Below are positions 1 to 9,118 of a DNA stretch of 64,000 bases, piece after piece. The first letter of the stretch is position 1, and every line of letters begins with the position of its first letter. The stretch comes from an uncultured Planctomycetia bacterium (GTDB taxonomy: Bacteria > Omnitrophota > Gorgyraeia > 1-14-0-20-64-10): contig CAYJWF010000001.1 of NCBI GenBank assembly GCA_964373805.1, forward strand, positions 47,181 to 111,180. Direction: 5' to 3'. The notes below the pieces were generated by a model. That model had not been told where the DNA came from. It saw nothing but the letters and a program-made list of their open reading frames with translations, and made no database searches. The translations under genes and the position numbers were made by a program.

Positions 1-978
1 TGGTCCGTAAAGGGTCAACCCCTCGACCTCTTTAAGCCGATGGAGCGCTTCCTGGGTTAAAGCCACCTCGTGCCGGCGAATCTCCGACATCCCGATCTCA
101 TCCAGGTAATCCACCGCCTCCCCAAAGGCGATGACGTCGGCGATATTGGGAGTGCCGGCCTCGAATTTCCAGGGAAGGTCGTTCCAGATGGCCCGGTCCA
201 GCCAGACGTCCCGGATCATGTCCCCTCCGCCTAAGAAGGGATCCATCTGCTCGAGGATTGCTTCTTTCGCGTAGAGAACCCCCACTCCCGTGGGTCCCAG
301 CATCTTATGCGAGGAGAAGGCCAGGAAATCGCAGTTTAACTCCAGGACATTCAACGGAAGGTGCGCCACCCCTTGGGCGCCATCCACCAACACCGGAATT
401 CCCTTGGCGTGCGCGGCCTCAACGATCTCCTTAACCGGGTTGATCGTTCCCAATACGTTGGACATCCAGGTCAAACTCACCAGTTTGGTCTTTCCCTCCA
501 AAAGTCGGGGAAGTCCTTCCAGGGCGAGTCGACCGTCCTGGGTGACCGGGATAAACTTTAAGGTGGCCCCTTTTTCCTGAGCCAACAGTTGCCAGGGAAC
601 CAGATTCGAGTGATGTTCCATCTCGGTCAGGAGAATCTCGTCCCCCTCTTCCAGATGTTTTCGGCCCCAGGCGTGCGCCACCAGATTGATCGCCTCGGTC
701 GTGTTGCGCGTGAAGATGACCGTCGTCGGCTTTGGCGCCCCGATGAAGCCGGCGATCCGTTCTCGGGCTCCCTCGTACTGGGCGGTCGCCTCCTCGCTTA
801 AGGCGTGGATTCCCCTGTGGATGTTGGCGTTGGTTTGGGTGTAATACTGAACCAACGCGTCGATCACTCTCTTCGGTTTCTGAGAGGTGGCGGCGTTATC
901 CAGGTAGACGAGCGGCTTACCGTGCACCCGTCGTTCCAGGATAGGGAAATCCTTTCTAATCCGGTGAACGTCAAGCAT
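1..978 (-). CDS. sufS: cysteine desulfurase SufS-like (3' end runs off window start)
   Basis: Minus-strand translation from ATG at 978: MLDVHRIRKDFPILERRVHGKPLVYLDNAAT..., class-V aminotransferase/SufS N-terminus; missing from ORF track because it is truncated by the window edge; last gene of the suf cluster. Confidence 0.8.
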   Translation of the reverse strand, partial: MLDVHRIRKDFPILERRVHGKPLVYLDNAATSQKPKRVIDALVQYYTQTNANIHRGIHALSEEATAQYEGARERIAGFIGAPKPTTVIFTRNTTEAINLVAHAWGRKHLEEGDEILLTEMEHHSNLVPWQLLAQEKGATLKFIPVTQDGRLALEGLPRLLEGKTKLVSLTWMSNVLGTINPVKEIVEAAHAKGIPVLVDGAQGVAHLPLNVLELNCDFLAFSSHKMLGPTGVGVLYAKEAILEQMDPFLGGGDMIRDVWLDRAIWNDLPWKFEAGTPNIADVIAFGEAVDYLDEIGMSEIRRHEVALTQEALHRLKEVEGLTLYGP

Positions 979-1000
979 GAACCCCCCTTGTCATGACACC

Positions 1001-1324
1001 CTAGACACTAAACGAGTGTCCGCAGCCGCAGGAACCCTTGGCGTTGGGATTCTGAATGGTAAAACCAGCCCCGGTCAAGCCATCGGCCCAGTCCACCTGA
1101 GCGTTATCGATCATCGGCAACGACTTTGGGTCGACGAACAGCTTCACTCCATGGTCCTCAAAAACGGAGTCGTCGGTCGTCGGCTCCTGGTCGAAATCCA
1201 TCTGGTAGGAGTAGCCGGAGCATCCCCCTCCCACGACGCGCAGGCGCAGGCCGTAGCCCGGCTTTCCCTCCTGCTGTTGCAGCAGACGCACCTTCTCAAC
1301 TGCCTTATCGGTTAACGTGATCAT
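1001..1324 (-). CDS. sufA: Fe-S cluster insertion protein, HesB/IscA/SufA family
   Basis: 107 aa, C-terminal CGCGHSF motif and GxxL core typical of A-type carriers. Confidence 0.8.
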   Translation of the reverse strand: MITLTDKAVEKVRLLQQQEGKPGYGLRLRVVGGGCSGYSYQMDFDQEPTTDDSVFEDHGVKLFVDPKSLPMIDNAQVDWADGLTGAGFTIQNPNAKGSCGCGHSFSV

Positions 1325-1342
1325 CTTTTCTGTTCCTCCTTT

Positions 1343-1651
1343 CTACAACTCGACGAATACCTCGCTACCGGTTACCTTCACCGGGAAGATCTTGACCGGC
1401 AACACCGCCGGCAACGTGAGGGCCTGCCCGGTTTTCACATCGAAACGAGCCCCATGACGGGGACACTCGATCTGTCCCCCCAACAGCTCCCCTTCCCCCA
1501 ACGGCCCATCGTCGTGGGTGCAGAGGTCCTGAATGGCGAAGAGATCTCCCTGGATGTTGGCCACGACCACCCTCTGGCCGCCGGCCTCTAGGGCCTTCAC
1601 CCGTCCTTGCGGGATCTCTCCAACCTCAGCGACCTTGACCCAATTCGACAT
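1343..1651 (-). CDS. Rieske [2Fe-2S] ferredoxin-like protein
   Basis: 102 aa with CTHDDGPL ... CPRHGARF Rieske motifs; embedded in suf operon. Confidence 0.75.
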   Translation of the reverse strand: MSNWVKVAEVGEIPQGRVKALEAGGQRVVVANIQGDLFAIQDLCTHDDGPLGEGELLGGQIECPRHGARFDVKTGQALTLPAVLPVKIFPVKVTGSEVFVEL

Positions 1652-1652
1652 C

Positions 1653-3095
1653 TCACGCCCTTCCGTTCAGACGATGGCTGACCTCTTTCATGAGCTGCTC
1701 CTGCAGATCTCCCAGGGGAACCCTTTTGAACACCTGCTCAAAGAATCCTTCCACGATGAGCCGTTCCGCCTCTGGCCGAGGGAGTCCTCGACTCATCAGG
1801 TAAAAGCTCTGCTCCTCATCCACAGGCCCGACGGCCACCCCATGGGTGCAGCGCACGTCGTCCGCCTCGATCTCCAACATAGGAACCGAGTCGGCTTTCG
1901 CTCCTTGGCTTAACAGGAGGTTCCGATTGGCCTGGTAGGCATCCGATTTCTGCGCCTCTTTTCGAATCCGAATCAGTCCCGTGTAGATCGATTGGGATCG
2001 ATCTTTGAGGGCGCTCTTGTACAGGAGGTCGCTTGTCGTGTGGGGGGCCCGATGGTCTTGAAGCGTGTGGAAGTCAAAATGTTGATCGGCTTGTTCAAAG
2101 AAGACTCCCAGCAGATCGGACCGACTCCCAGGTTCCGACAATTCCGTTTCCACCTGGGCTTTGGTCAGGCAACTTCCTAGGCCGACCAAGAGGTTGAAGA
2201 ATTGGGCATCCCGTTTCAAGACCGCCCGCTGGGTGTAAAGTTGCGTGGTGGCGAGGTTCCATCGTTGAAGGTGGAGGTACCGGAGGCTGGCCCCTTCTTG
2301 GATAACGATCTCCACCATCTCATCGGCAAAAAGCGGTTGTGCACCTACCCCTACGTTTTTGGCTGCGCCAGCGGCCAGTTCAGGGAAGTGCCGCACATCA
2401 GCGCGGCCTACCCCTACGTTTTTGGCTGCGCTGGGGCGCGTGGTGGCGCTTCCGACAGCGCCAGCCGCTGCGCTGGGGCGCGTGGTGGCGCTTCCGACAG
2501 CGCCAGCCGCCGCGCTAGCGGCCAATCTAGAAAAGTCCCGCGCATCAGCGCGGGGCTCCCCATCGGATCTCCTCTCATCGATCACGGTCACCTCAGCGCC
2601 GGCTCCCACGACCAAAAGGGTGTGGGGAAAGATCGGTCCGTTTCCCCCCTGGGCCTCCACCCAGCACCTGATAGGAAGTCTCACCCGGACTCCTTCCGGG
2701 ATGTAACAGAAGATCCCGGGATGGAAGAGGGCCTGATGCAGGGCGATGAATTTTGAGAGTCCCTGAGGGGTTCCGGTGCGAAAGAGATGCTCCTCGACCA
2801 GCTCCGGAAACTGTCGGAGGGCCGTGTCAAGGTCCGTTACGATGACCCCGTCCCGGACCGATTCCGAGGGGAGTTCCTCCCAGCCTGCCTGGAAGGCAGG
2901 AACGTCCTGCTCACCCTCGATCGAGGTTCTCGCTTTCGCGAGGATGGGTAAACTCCCGCGAGAATCAAACTCTCCCTCTGAGAGGTGAAGCTGGGCCGGG
3001 TCGGTCCGGCGCCACTCCTCGTCGGTCTTGGTCGGCCAGGGAAGGGCTTCGAACCGTTTCCAGGCCTCCTGCCGGAACTCCTTGACGTTAACCAA
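1653..3095 (-). CDS. sufD: Fe-S cluster assembly protein SufD carrying an in-frame repeat-element insertion
   Basis: SufD-like C-terminal half (LYTGLIRI..., SRGL...EAERLIVEGFF); ORF-track 5' extension to 3176 is Arg/Ser-rich and judged spurious, likely TTG start at 3095 overlapping sufB stop; contains ~70-aa Ala/Gly-rich insert encoded by palindromic repeat at 2345-2557. Confidence 0.7.
   Translation of the reverse strand: MVNVKEFRQEAWKRFEALPWPTKTDEEWRRTDPAQLHLSEGEFDSRGSLPILAKARTSIEGEQDVPAFQAGWEELPSESVRDGVIVTDLDTALRQFPELVEEHLFRTGTPQGLSKFIALHQALFHPGIFCYIPEGVRVRLPIRCWVEAQGGNGPIFPHTLLVVGAGAEVTVIDERRSDGEPRADARDFSRLAASAAAGAVGSATTRPSAAAGAVGSATTRPSAAKNVGVGRADVRHFPELAAGAAKNVGVGAQPLFADEMVEIVIQEGASLRYLHLQRWNLATTQLYTQRAVLKRDAQFFNLLVGLGSCLTKAQVETELSEPGSRSDLLGVFFEQADQHFDFHTLQDHRAPHTTSDLLYKSALKDRSQSIYTGLIRIRKEAQKSDAYQANRNLLLSQGAKADSVPMLEIEADDVRCTHGVAVGPVDEEQSFYLMSRGLPRPEAERLIVEGFFEQVFKRVPLGDLQEQLMKEVSHRLNGRA
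2345..2557. repeat. rearranged double copy of ~105-bp GC-rich palindromic element, in-frame inside sufD
   Basis: Units L (ctacccctacgtttttggctgcgc, x2), B (tggggcgcgtggtggcgcttccgacagcgccagccgc, perfect x2) and C (gcgctagcggccaatctagaaaagtcccgcgcatcagcgcggggctc); reverse complement of the copy at 28866-28972. Confidence 0.8.
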
Positions 3096-5574
3096 CCGAT
3101 CCCTCCATCTCCAATTGGATGAGCCGGTTGAGTTCCACCGCGTACTCGAGCGGCAGCTCCTTGGCGAATGCCTCAAAGAAGCCGTTCACAATCATCGTGG
3201 TCGCCTCCTGCTCTTTAAGTCCTCGGCTCATCAGGTAGAACAGCTGCTCCTCCCCCACCTTGCTCACCGTCGCCTCGTGTTCGATCCGCACCTGTTCGGC
3301 ATCAATCTCCATGGTGGGATAGGTATCCGATCGGGAGATTTCGTCCATCAGCAACGCATCGCAGCGAACCGAAGATTTCACATGCTCGGCCTGAGGATAG
3401 ACCTTCACCAACCCTCGGTAGCTGGTGCGGCCGCCGTCTTTGGAGATCGACTTTGACAGGATCGTGGAGCTGGTTTCTGAAGCGGCATGAACCATCTTGG
3501 CTCCGGCGTCTTGGTGCTGGCCCTTGCCAGAAAACGCCACCGAAACGACTTCCCCTCGGGCCTTGCGCCCCATCAAATAAACCCCGGGGTACTTCATGGT
3601 CAGCTTTGAGCCCAAATTTCCATCGAGCCATTCAACGATCGCATTCTCATAGGCGATGGCCCGTTTTGTGACCAGGTTGTACACGTTCTTTGACCAGTTC
3701 TGGATTGTCGTGTATCGGATGTGCGCGTGGGGCATGGCCACGAGCTCCACCACCGCCGAGTGAAGGCTGTCGGACGAATAGGTAGGAGCCGTGCAGTTGT
3801 GGACGGCAAAACCACGAGCCAGGTAAGCGTTCGGCGCACGGTCCATCTCGATGTTAAAGACCGGTCCTTCATAAGGAGCACGTCGAATTTCTTTCACCGG
3901 TACAAGGAAGGAATCTCCTTGGCGGCGGACTTCACCCATCTGCCTATTGGGGGAATAATAAATGATGTACTGATCCTGCCGAGTTATGGGTCGCCCCAGG
4001 ATCGTATCCTTTCCTCCTTTACGTAAGGAGATGGTTGCGTAATGGCCTTGACGTGCCAGAAGCTCCTGGAGCTGTCGAGCCAAGTTCAAAGAAACAGTCG
4101 AAGCGCGGAGCATGGTATGGGCTCGCCGATACCAACTCCCATCCCCCAGAAAGTACGTCTCCAACAGATGAGCCTGTTTCTCTGGTGGAAGCTCCATGAT
4201 CGTCTTGCTCAGCTGCTTCGTCGATGCCCCTTTGCCGCAGCTTTCAAGGCAAAGCTCCCTGAGAGGGCGGGAGTAGACTACCACGTTAATTCCATGTTTC
4301 TTGCGGTCTACGACTTCCATAGCCCGCTTGCCCGTCACCTCGCGAATAAGTTTCTTGGCCTCTTCCACCAGGGCCCGGTCTGTGGAGCCGAATGAGAGTG
4401 CGACAACCGGCATCCGCAGGGTCTTGTGGACAAACGTAGATCCTTCGGCCAGGTAGTAGCCTAGGAGGCGCAGAGCAGGTACGGTGTACCGAGGATCATC
4501 TTGGGTCTTCTTTGGGATTGGGAAGACGATGAAATCTCCTCGCTGAAGTTTGCCCGCTTCTATGAAATGGGGTTCCGTTGTAAGAAGCTTGGAGGTGCTC
4601 ACCTCTCCAAGCCAGTGGCCGCGCGCTTTCCGGGCGACGCGAACATCCTCTCGCTGGACACCCAGCACAGGGTGCTCCGGTGTGAGGCGAAAGCTGTTTC
4701 CAGAAGACAGTGGCTGGATCGTGATCAGCTCGCCACGGTAGGGACGCACGCGACTGGCCGCAACCTTTGCCTCCTCACCGTTACTGTTCAAAACGCTGTC
4801 GCCTGGCTGGATCGATTCGATGTTTACCCAGCGTTGGCCGGTAGAAACCTGTTCGCCTGCAGGCAGGCATCCCTCTATGTAATGCACGCTGGATCCCTCG
4901 TCGGCGATGATCAAGGTCCGTTCGAACTGGCCCATGTTCTCCGCGTTGATTCGGAAATAGGCCTGCAAGGGAATGGCTACCTTCACCCCTTTCGGAACGT
5001 AGATAAAGCTTCCTCCCGACCAGACCGCGGAGTTTAAAGCGGAAAACTTGTTGTCCGCTGAGGGGATCACCGTGCCAAAGTACTTTTTCACCAACTCCGG
5101 ATATTTCTTGAGGCCATCGTCCATCCCAAGGAAGATGACCCCTTGTTTCTCGAGATCTTCTCGAAGAGAGTGGTACACGACCTCAGACTCGTATTGGGCG
5201 GTGACCCCCGCGAGGAACTTCCGTTCCGCCTCTGGGATTCCCAATTTTTCAAAGGTGTTCTTGATATCCTCGGGAACCTCCTCCCAGCTTTTCTCCTGTT
5301 TATCCACCGGCTTCAGGTAGTAATGGATGTTGTCGAAGTGGATCTGGGAAAGGAGCGTCAAATCGGCCCAGGCCGGTAAGGGCTTCCGGTTGAAATGTTC
5401 CAGCGCCTTTAATCGAAGTTCCCGCATCCAATCCGGTTCCGACTTCATCCAGGAGATCTCCTCCACCACTTCCTTGGAGAGGCCCTTCTTGGCCTTGAAG
5501 AGGTAATGCTCCGGATCGTGGAATCCGTACTTCTCTTCGTAGTCTTTCCCGATATTGAGCGGTTTATCCGTCAT
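3088..5574 (-). CDS. sufB: Fe-S cluster assembly protein SufB interrupted by an intein (extein 470 aa + intein 358 aa)
   Basis: 828 aa instead of ~470; SufB N- and C-terminal halves; conserved EGC|TAP site split by insert beginning CLPAG and ending VHN followed by CTAPTYSS. Confidence 0.9.
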   Translation of the reverse strand: MTDKPLNIGKDYEEKYGFHDPEHYLFKAKKGLSKEVVEEISWMKSEPDWMRELRLKALEHFNRKPLPAWADLTLLSQIHFDNIHYYLKPVDKQEKSWEEVPEDIKNTFEKLGIPEAERKFLAGVTAQYESEVVYHSLREDLEKQGVIFLGMDDGLKKYPELVKKYFGTVIPSADNKFSALNSAVWSGGSFIYVPKGVKVAIPLQAYFRINAENMGQFERTLIIADEGSSVHYIEGCLPAGEQVSTGQRWVNIESIQPGDSVLNSNGEEAKVAASRVRPYRGELITIQPLSSGNSFRLTPEHPVLGVQREDVRVARKARGHWLGEVSTSKLLTTEPHFIEAGKLQRGDFIVFPIPKKTQDDPRYTVPALRLLGYYLAEGSTFVHKTLRMPVVALSFGSTDRALVEEAKKLIREVTGKRAMEVVDRKKHGINVVVYSRPLRELCLESCGKGASTKQLSKTIMELPPEKQAHLLETYFLGDGSWYRRAHTMLRASTVSLNLARQLQELLARQGHYATISLRKGGKDTILGRPITRQDQYIIYYSPNRQMGEVRRQGDSFLVPVKEIRRAPYEGPVFNIEMDRAPNAYLARGFAVHNCTAPTYSSDSLHSAVVELVAMPHAHIRYTTIQNWSKNVYNLVTKRAIAYENAIVEWLDGNLGSKLTMKYPGVYLMGRKARGEVVSVAFSGKGQHQDAGAKMVHAASETSSTILSKSISKDGGRTSYRGLVKVYPQAEHVKSSVRCDALLMDEISRSDTYPTMEIDAEQVRIEHEATVSKVGEEQLFYLMSRGLKEQEATTMIVNGFFEAFAKELPLEYAVELNRLIQLEMEGSVG
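3796..4869 (-). mobile_element. intein with LAGLIDADG homing-endonuclease domain inside sufB
   Basis: Insert residues 236-593: N-terminal Cys (codon 4867-4869), C-terminal His-Asn (3796-3801) followed by +1 Cys (3793-3795); two LAGLIDADG motifs [10 protein letters not shown] and [10 protein letters not shown]; exteins rejoin to canonical SufB ...[13 protein letters not shown]... Confidence 0.85.
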
Positions 5575-6332
5575 GGGGTAACCATCTCCTTTTTCGGTTC
5601 GTACGGCGCGTAGCCGTGTTTCTCCAGCTCGTGGGCCAGCTCCTTGCCGCCGGAACGGATGATCTGGCCGTTGATCAAAACGTGAACGAAATCCGGCTGC
5701 ACGTAATTTAAAATCCGCTGGTAATGGGTGATTACCAAAACTCCCAGCTCCGGCCCTTTCAGGCGATTGATTCCATCGGCCACGGTGCGCAGGGCATCGA
5801 TGTCGAGTCCGGAGTCGGTCTCATCCAGGATGGCCAGCTCCGGTTTGAGGAGCGCCATCTGGAGAATCTCGTGCCGCTTCTTCTCCCCTCCGGAGAAGCC
5901 GTCGTTGACGTATCGGGTGGCAAAGCTCTCATCGATCTCGAGATGGGCCATGGCCGCTTTAAGCTGCTTGCGAAACTCCTTTGACGCGAAGCCCTCCCCA
6001 AACCGGGCCTTCATTGCGGTCCGTAAGAAGTTGGCCACGCTCACCCCCGGGATGGCGGTGGGATACTGGAAGGCCAAGAAGATTCCAGCTCGGGCTCGCC
6101 CATCGATTTTGAGAGTCGTCAAGTCCCCTCCCTTGTAGAGGATCCGACCCTGGGTTACCTGGTACTTCGGGTGTCCCATTAAGGAATTGGAGAGGGTCGA
6201 CTTCCCAGAGCCGTTTGGGCCCATCAAGGCATGGACCTCCCCCTTCTGCACGGTAAGGGAAATCCCTTTCAGGATCTCCTTCCCATCGATCTCTGCGTGG
6301 AGATTCTCGATTTGAAGCAAAGGGGCGCTCAT
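5571..6332 (-). CDS. sufC: Fe-S cluster assembly ATPase SufC
   Basis: 253 aa ABC ATPase with Walker [10 protein letters not shown], signature FSGGEKKR, Walker [11 protein letters not shown]. Confidence 0.9.
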   Translation of the reverse strand: MSAPLLQIENLHAEIDGKEILKGISLTVQKGEVHALMGPNGSGKSTLSNSLMGHPKYQVTQGRILYKGGDLTTLKIDGRARAGIFLAFQYPTAIPGVSVANFLRTAMKARFGEGFASKEFRKQLKAAMAHLEIDESFATRYVNDGFSGGEKKRHEILQMALLKPELAILDETDSGLDIDALRTVADGINRLKGPELGVLVITHYQRILNYVQPDFVHVLINGQIIRSGGKELAHELEKHGYAPYEPKKEMVTP

Positions 6333-6338
6333 CGCGGA

Positions 6339-6815
6339 TCAGCTCTTTAAAGGCGGGGTGAGCCAGGTCATCCGTTGGCCTAAGGTCTGACGGATCTTGG
6401 CCTCCGACCCCATTAAATCCGACAGGAAAGTTCCATCCAGAAAGGCCTGAATGGCCATGGTCAGCGTCTCCCACGCGGATCGGATGCAGCACTCATCGAT
6501 GTGGATACAACTGGAACGATTTCCCGTGAACTGATGGCAGATCTCCTCGGTGTTGGGGACTTTTCCTAGGGCCCGAACCACGTTGCCCAGGCTGATCTCC
6601 TGGGCGTGGCGATTGAGGAGATACCCCCCTCTCATCCCTCGGACCGAGTGGATCAAGCCCGCTCGGCCGAGCAGGCGAAGCAGCTTCTCCACGTAGGCTG
6701 GGGAGAGGCCTTCCTTCAAGGCGATCGCCTTGACGGTTAACCCCCCCTTCTCCTCGGCCTGGGCCAGCTGCAACAAGCACCTTAAGCCATACTCTTCTTG
6801 CGCCGTGATCTTCAT
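6339..6815 (-). CDS. Rrf2-family transcriptional regulator (IscR/SufR-like)
   Basis: Rrf2 N-terminus MKITAQEEYGLRCLLQLA and three Cys in C-terminal half; start moved to ATG 6815 (ORF-track start 6941 reads through a palindromic repeat). Confidence 0.75.
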   Translation of the reverse strand: MKITAQEEYGLRCLLQLAQAEEKGGLTVKAIALKEGLSPAYVEKLLRLLGRAGLIHSVRGMRGGYLLNRHAQEISLGNVVRALGKVPNTEEICHQFTGNRSSCIHIDECCIRSAWETLTMAIQAFLDGTFLSDLMGSEAKIRQTLGQRMTWLTPPLKS

Positions 6816-6920
6816 CCTATAATCTAGGATACCAGGAAACATGACTCTTTTGTCAACTATTTTCATGGGGTCTGACCCCATGGGGTTGCAGGGCGTTTTA
6901 CAATTTGATACAGTACGTCT

Positions 6921-7454
6921 ATGATCCTTAAAGTAACCCAATTAGGACACCCAATTCTTCGCCTGAAGGCGAAACCAGTTCCAGTCGGGAGAATTACCAC
7001 TTCCCCCTTTCAGGCTTTCCTGGAGGATTTGGGTTCGACCCTGCACGAATACAATGGGGTAGGGATCGCTGCTCCTCAGGTTCATGTCTCCCTCCAGGTG
7101 GCGGTGATCGAGGTCGACCGGAACCCCCGATACCCGAAGGCCCCCAGGATCTCACGGACGATCCTCATCAATCCCCGCGTCAAACCGATCGGAAAACTCA
7201 AGGCATTCGACTGGGAAGGATGCCTTTCGGTCGACGGCTTTCGCGGACGCGTTCCACGCTGGCGTTCGGTAGAGGTTCAGGCGTATAATGCCCGCGGTGA
7301 ACCAATTCGGATCAAGGCGCACGGTTTTTTTGCCCGGGTGATTCAACACGAATGGGATCACCTGCAAGGAAAGGTGTATCTGGATCGGATGGAGGATCTT
7401 TTGACCCTGACGCATCTTACCGAATATACGCGCTATTGGCAGAGCCATGGTTAA
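6921..7454 (+). CDS. def: peptide deformylase
   Basis: GVGIAAPQV, EGCLS and HEWDHLQG motifs. Confidence 0.85.
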   Translation: MILKVTQLGHPILRLKAKPVPVGRITTSPFQAFLEDLGSTLHEYNGVGIAAPQVHVSLQVAVIEVDRNPRYPKAPRISRTILINPRVKPIGKLKAFDWEGCLSVDGFRGRVPRWRSVEVQAYNARGEPIRIKAHGFFARVIQHEWDHLQGKVYLDRMEDLLTLTHLTEYTRYWQSHG

Positions 7455-7845
7455 GGTAGAGAAGCAGCTTTCAATTTTTCTGGAGAATCGGCCCGGCGGA
7501 TTGGCCAAGATCTGCGGCACCTTGGCCGAGGCTGGGATCAACGTCTTGGCCTTGTCGATCCACGACACCGTGGACCATGCCATCATTCGGCTCCTGGCCG
7601 ATCGGCCGGTCAAAGCGCTGCTCATCCTGGAGCAGTTGGGGCTTTACATCCTGGAGTCGGATGTCGTCGTCGTGGAGTTGGACAACCGATCCGGGGCGTT
7701 GGCCGATGTGGCCCGGAAGCTGGCCCGGGCCGATATCAACATCGAGTACGCCTACTGCTCGGCCACCGAGCATCAACCCATGGGGAGCCTCATCCTCCGG
7801 ACCGATGAGGCGGACCGAACCCTGGAACTTTTGAGCGAGACGTAG
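7447..7845 (+). CDS. ACT-domain protein
   Basis: 132 aa, two ACT-like beta-alpha-beta-beta-alpha-beta units (LENRPGGLAKI..., VELDNRSGALADV...). Confidence 0.6.
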   Translation: MVKVEKQLSIFLENRPGGLAKICGTLAEAGINVLALSIHDTVDHAIIRLLADRPVKALLILEQLGLYILESDVVVVELDNRSGALADVARKLARADINIEYAYCSATEHQPMGSLILRTDEADRTLELLSET

Positions 7846-7851
7846 GTTTTA

Positions 7852-7890
7852 GGGTCAGACCCCGGCACTTGGGGGTCTGACCCTTTAGAT
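7852..7890 (+). terminator. rho-independent terminator-like hairpin built from two inverted GGGTCAGACCCC units
   Basis: gggtcagacccc ggcacttg ggggtctgaccc followed by tttagatttt, directly after the ACT gene stop. Confidence 0.6.
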
Positions 7891-7905
7891 TTTCAGGAGG
7901 AAACC

Positions 7906-8460
7906 ATGGCTCTTCAATTGATGGATGCGATTCCTTCCTTTAACCTGCCTGCCACCGATGGGAAGACCTATTCTCTGGACTCCTTTTCGTCCGCCAAACT
8001 CCTCGTGGTGATCTTCAGTTGCAACCACTGTCCCTATGTTCAGGCGTACGAGGATCGGATGATCGCCCTCCAACGGGATTACGGCCCCAAAGGGGTTCAG
8101 TTGGTGGCGATCAATTCCAATGAGACAGGGAACCATCCAGAGGATGATTTTCCTCACATGGTGGAGCGCTCCAAGGCGAAGGGATTTAACTTCCCGTATC
8201 TGCGGGACGAAACCCAGGAAGTGGCCCGTGCCTACGGGGCGGAGCGAACCCCGCACATCTTCCTCTTCGAAAAGGTGCCTGGCACCATTTCAGAAGGTGC
8301 CAGGCACCGACTCCGCTACACCGGCCGGATCGACGACAACTGGCAGAACCCATCCGCGGTCAAGTCCCATGATCTGAGAAACGCCCTCGATGCCCTCCTC
8401 GCCGGCAAGGAACCCCCCTCGAACACCCCCGCCATCGGCTGCACCGTCAAGTGGAAGTAG
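7906..8460 (+). CDS. thioredoxin-family thiol-disulfide oxidoreductase with 12-aa in-frame hairpin-encoded insert
   Basis: CNHCP active site, C-terminal GCTVKWK; insert VPGTISEGARHR encoded by palindrome 8274-8308. Confidence 0.7.
   Translation: MALQLMDAIPSFNLPATDGKTYSLDSFSSAKLLVVIFSCNHCPYVQAYEDRMIALQRDYGPKGVQLVAINSNETGNHPEDDFPHMVERSKAKGFNFPYLRDETQEVARAYGAERTPHIFLFEKVPGTISEGARHRLRYTGRIDDNWQNPSAVKSHDLRNALDALLAGKEPPSNTPAIGCTVKWK
8274..8308. repeat. hairpin of two 13-mers GGTGCCTGGCACC / GGTGCCAGGCACC inside CDS
   Basis: ggtgcctggcacc atttcagaa ggtgccaggcacc. Confidence 0.8.
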
Positions 8461-8615
8461 TCCATCGTGAGAGCAGTAGCGATAAGGGAGAAGGAAGAAC
8501 TCTTCCGATTGTTGGATAAATTTGAGCGTCGATCCAGAGCCCTTGGACTGACAGAGGCCGATGTTGCCCAAGGGGTGAAGGTCTATCGAAAGGAGCGGAA
8601 GCTTTCGCGGAAAAC

Positions 8616-8843
8616 CTGAAGTTCCTGGAATGCGCCGTCGCCGGCCACGCCCAATTTCCAGTTACCGATGGGCAGGTTCGTCAAACGGCGCTCTACCCTG
8701 AGCGAACCATGGCTGGGTATAGGGGTCGTAAGATTGCAGAAAAGGCGATGGATGCCGAGCATGCTTTGCGAGTAGTTTACGAAGAGCGACCAGGAGAACT
8801 TGAGGTGATCACTTTTTATCCGGTACGGAGGAAACGCTTATGA
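8616..8843 (+). pseudogene. DUF4258-like toxin gene remnant (no convincing start codon)
   Basis: Frame ending TGA 8841-8843 encodes ...HALRVVYEERPGELEVITFYPVRRKRL typical of DUF4258 C-termini; only in-frame ATG (8709) would give 44 aa; stop overlaps ATG of the DUF2283 gene. Confidence 0.3.
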
Positions 8844-9052
8844 GAATCGGCTATGATCGTGAAAAAGACATTCTTTTAATCGAAGTTTCCAGGAAGCCAA
8901 TTGATCATGCAGAGGAACTCGGGCCACTCATCGTCCACTTCTCTCGGCAGGGCCATCCGGTACTTCTTGAAGTCTTGGATGCGAGCGACTTTTTGTCGGC
9001 GGCAACCAAGGTGACGGCGAGAGCAAAGACGGAACAGCTTGTTCCTCTCTGA
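8840..9052 (+). CDS. DUF2283-family small protein (usual partner of DUF4258)
   Basis: MRIGYDREKDILLIEV...LLEVLDAS pattern of DUF2283. Confidence 0.6.
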   Translation: MRIGYDREKDILLIEVSRKPIDHAEELGPLIVHFSRQGHPVLLEVLDASDFLSAATKVTARAKTEQLVPL

Positions 9053-9118
9053 GATTTCTACGGGAAAGCTGCGTAATTTCGCCATCCCTTTCTACTGAGC
9101 GTGGTAAACTACTGCTCG

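Noticed and set aside
2345-2557. CRISPR array
   Set aside because: Tandem repeats here and at 52505-52564 are only 2 units, in-frame inside CDSs, without spacers or cas genes
2202-2756. Overlapping + strand ORFs (2202..2756, 2359..2706) and - strand ORFs at 28797..29096 with repeated AALGRVVALPTAPAA peptides
   Set aside because: Artefacts of the palindromic element being stop-free in 5 of 6 frames; they lie inside well-supported sufD and nuoI genes
6816-6941. N-terminal 42-codon extension of the Rrf2 regulator and extensions of nuoK, nuoJ, cstA (TTG 10934), sufD (to 3176), the flavin reductase gene and the small membrane protein
   Set aside because: Extensions read through palindromic repeats and upstream intergenic DNA; canonical family N-termini begin at internal Met/TTG codons
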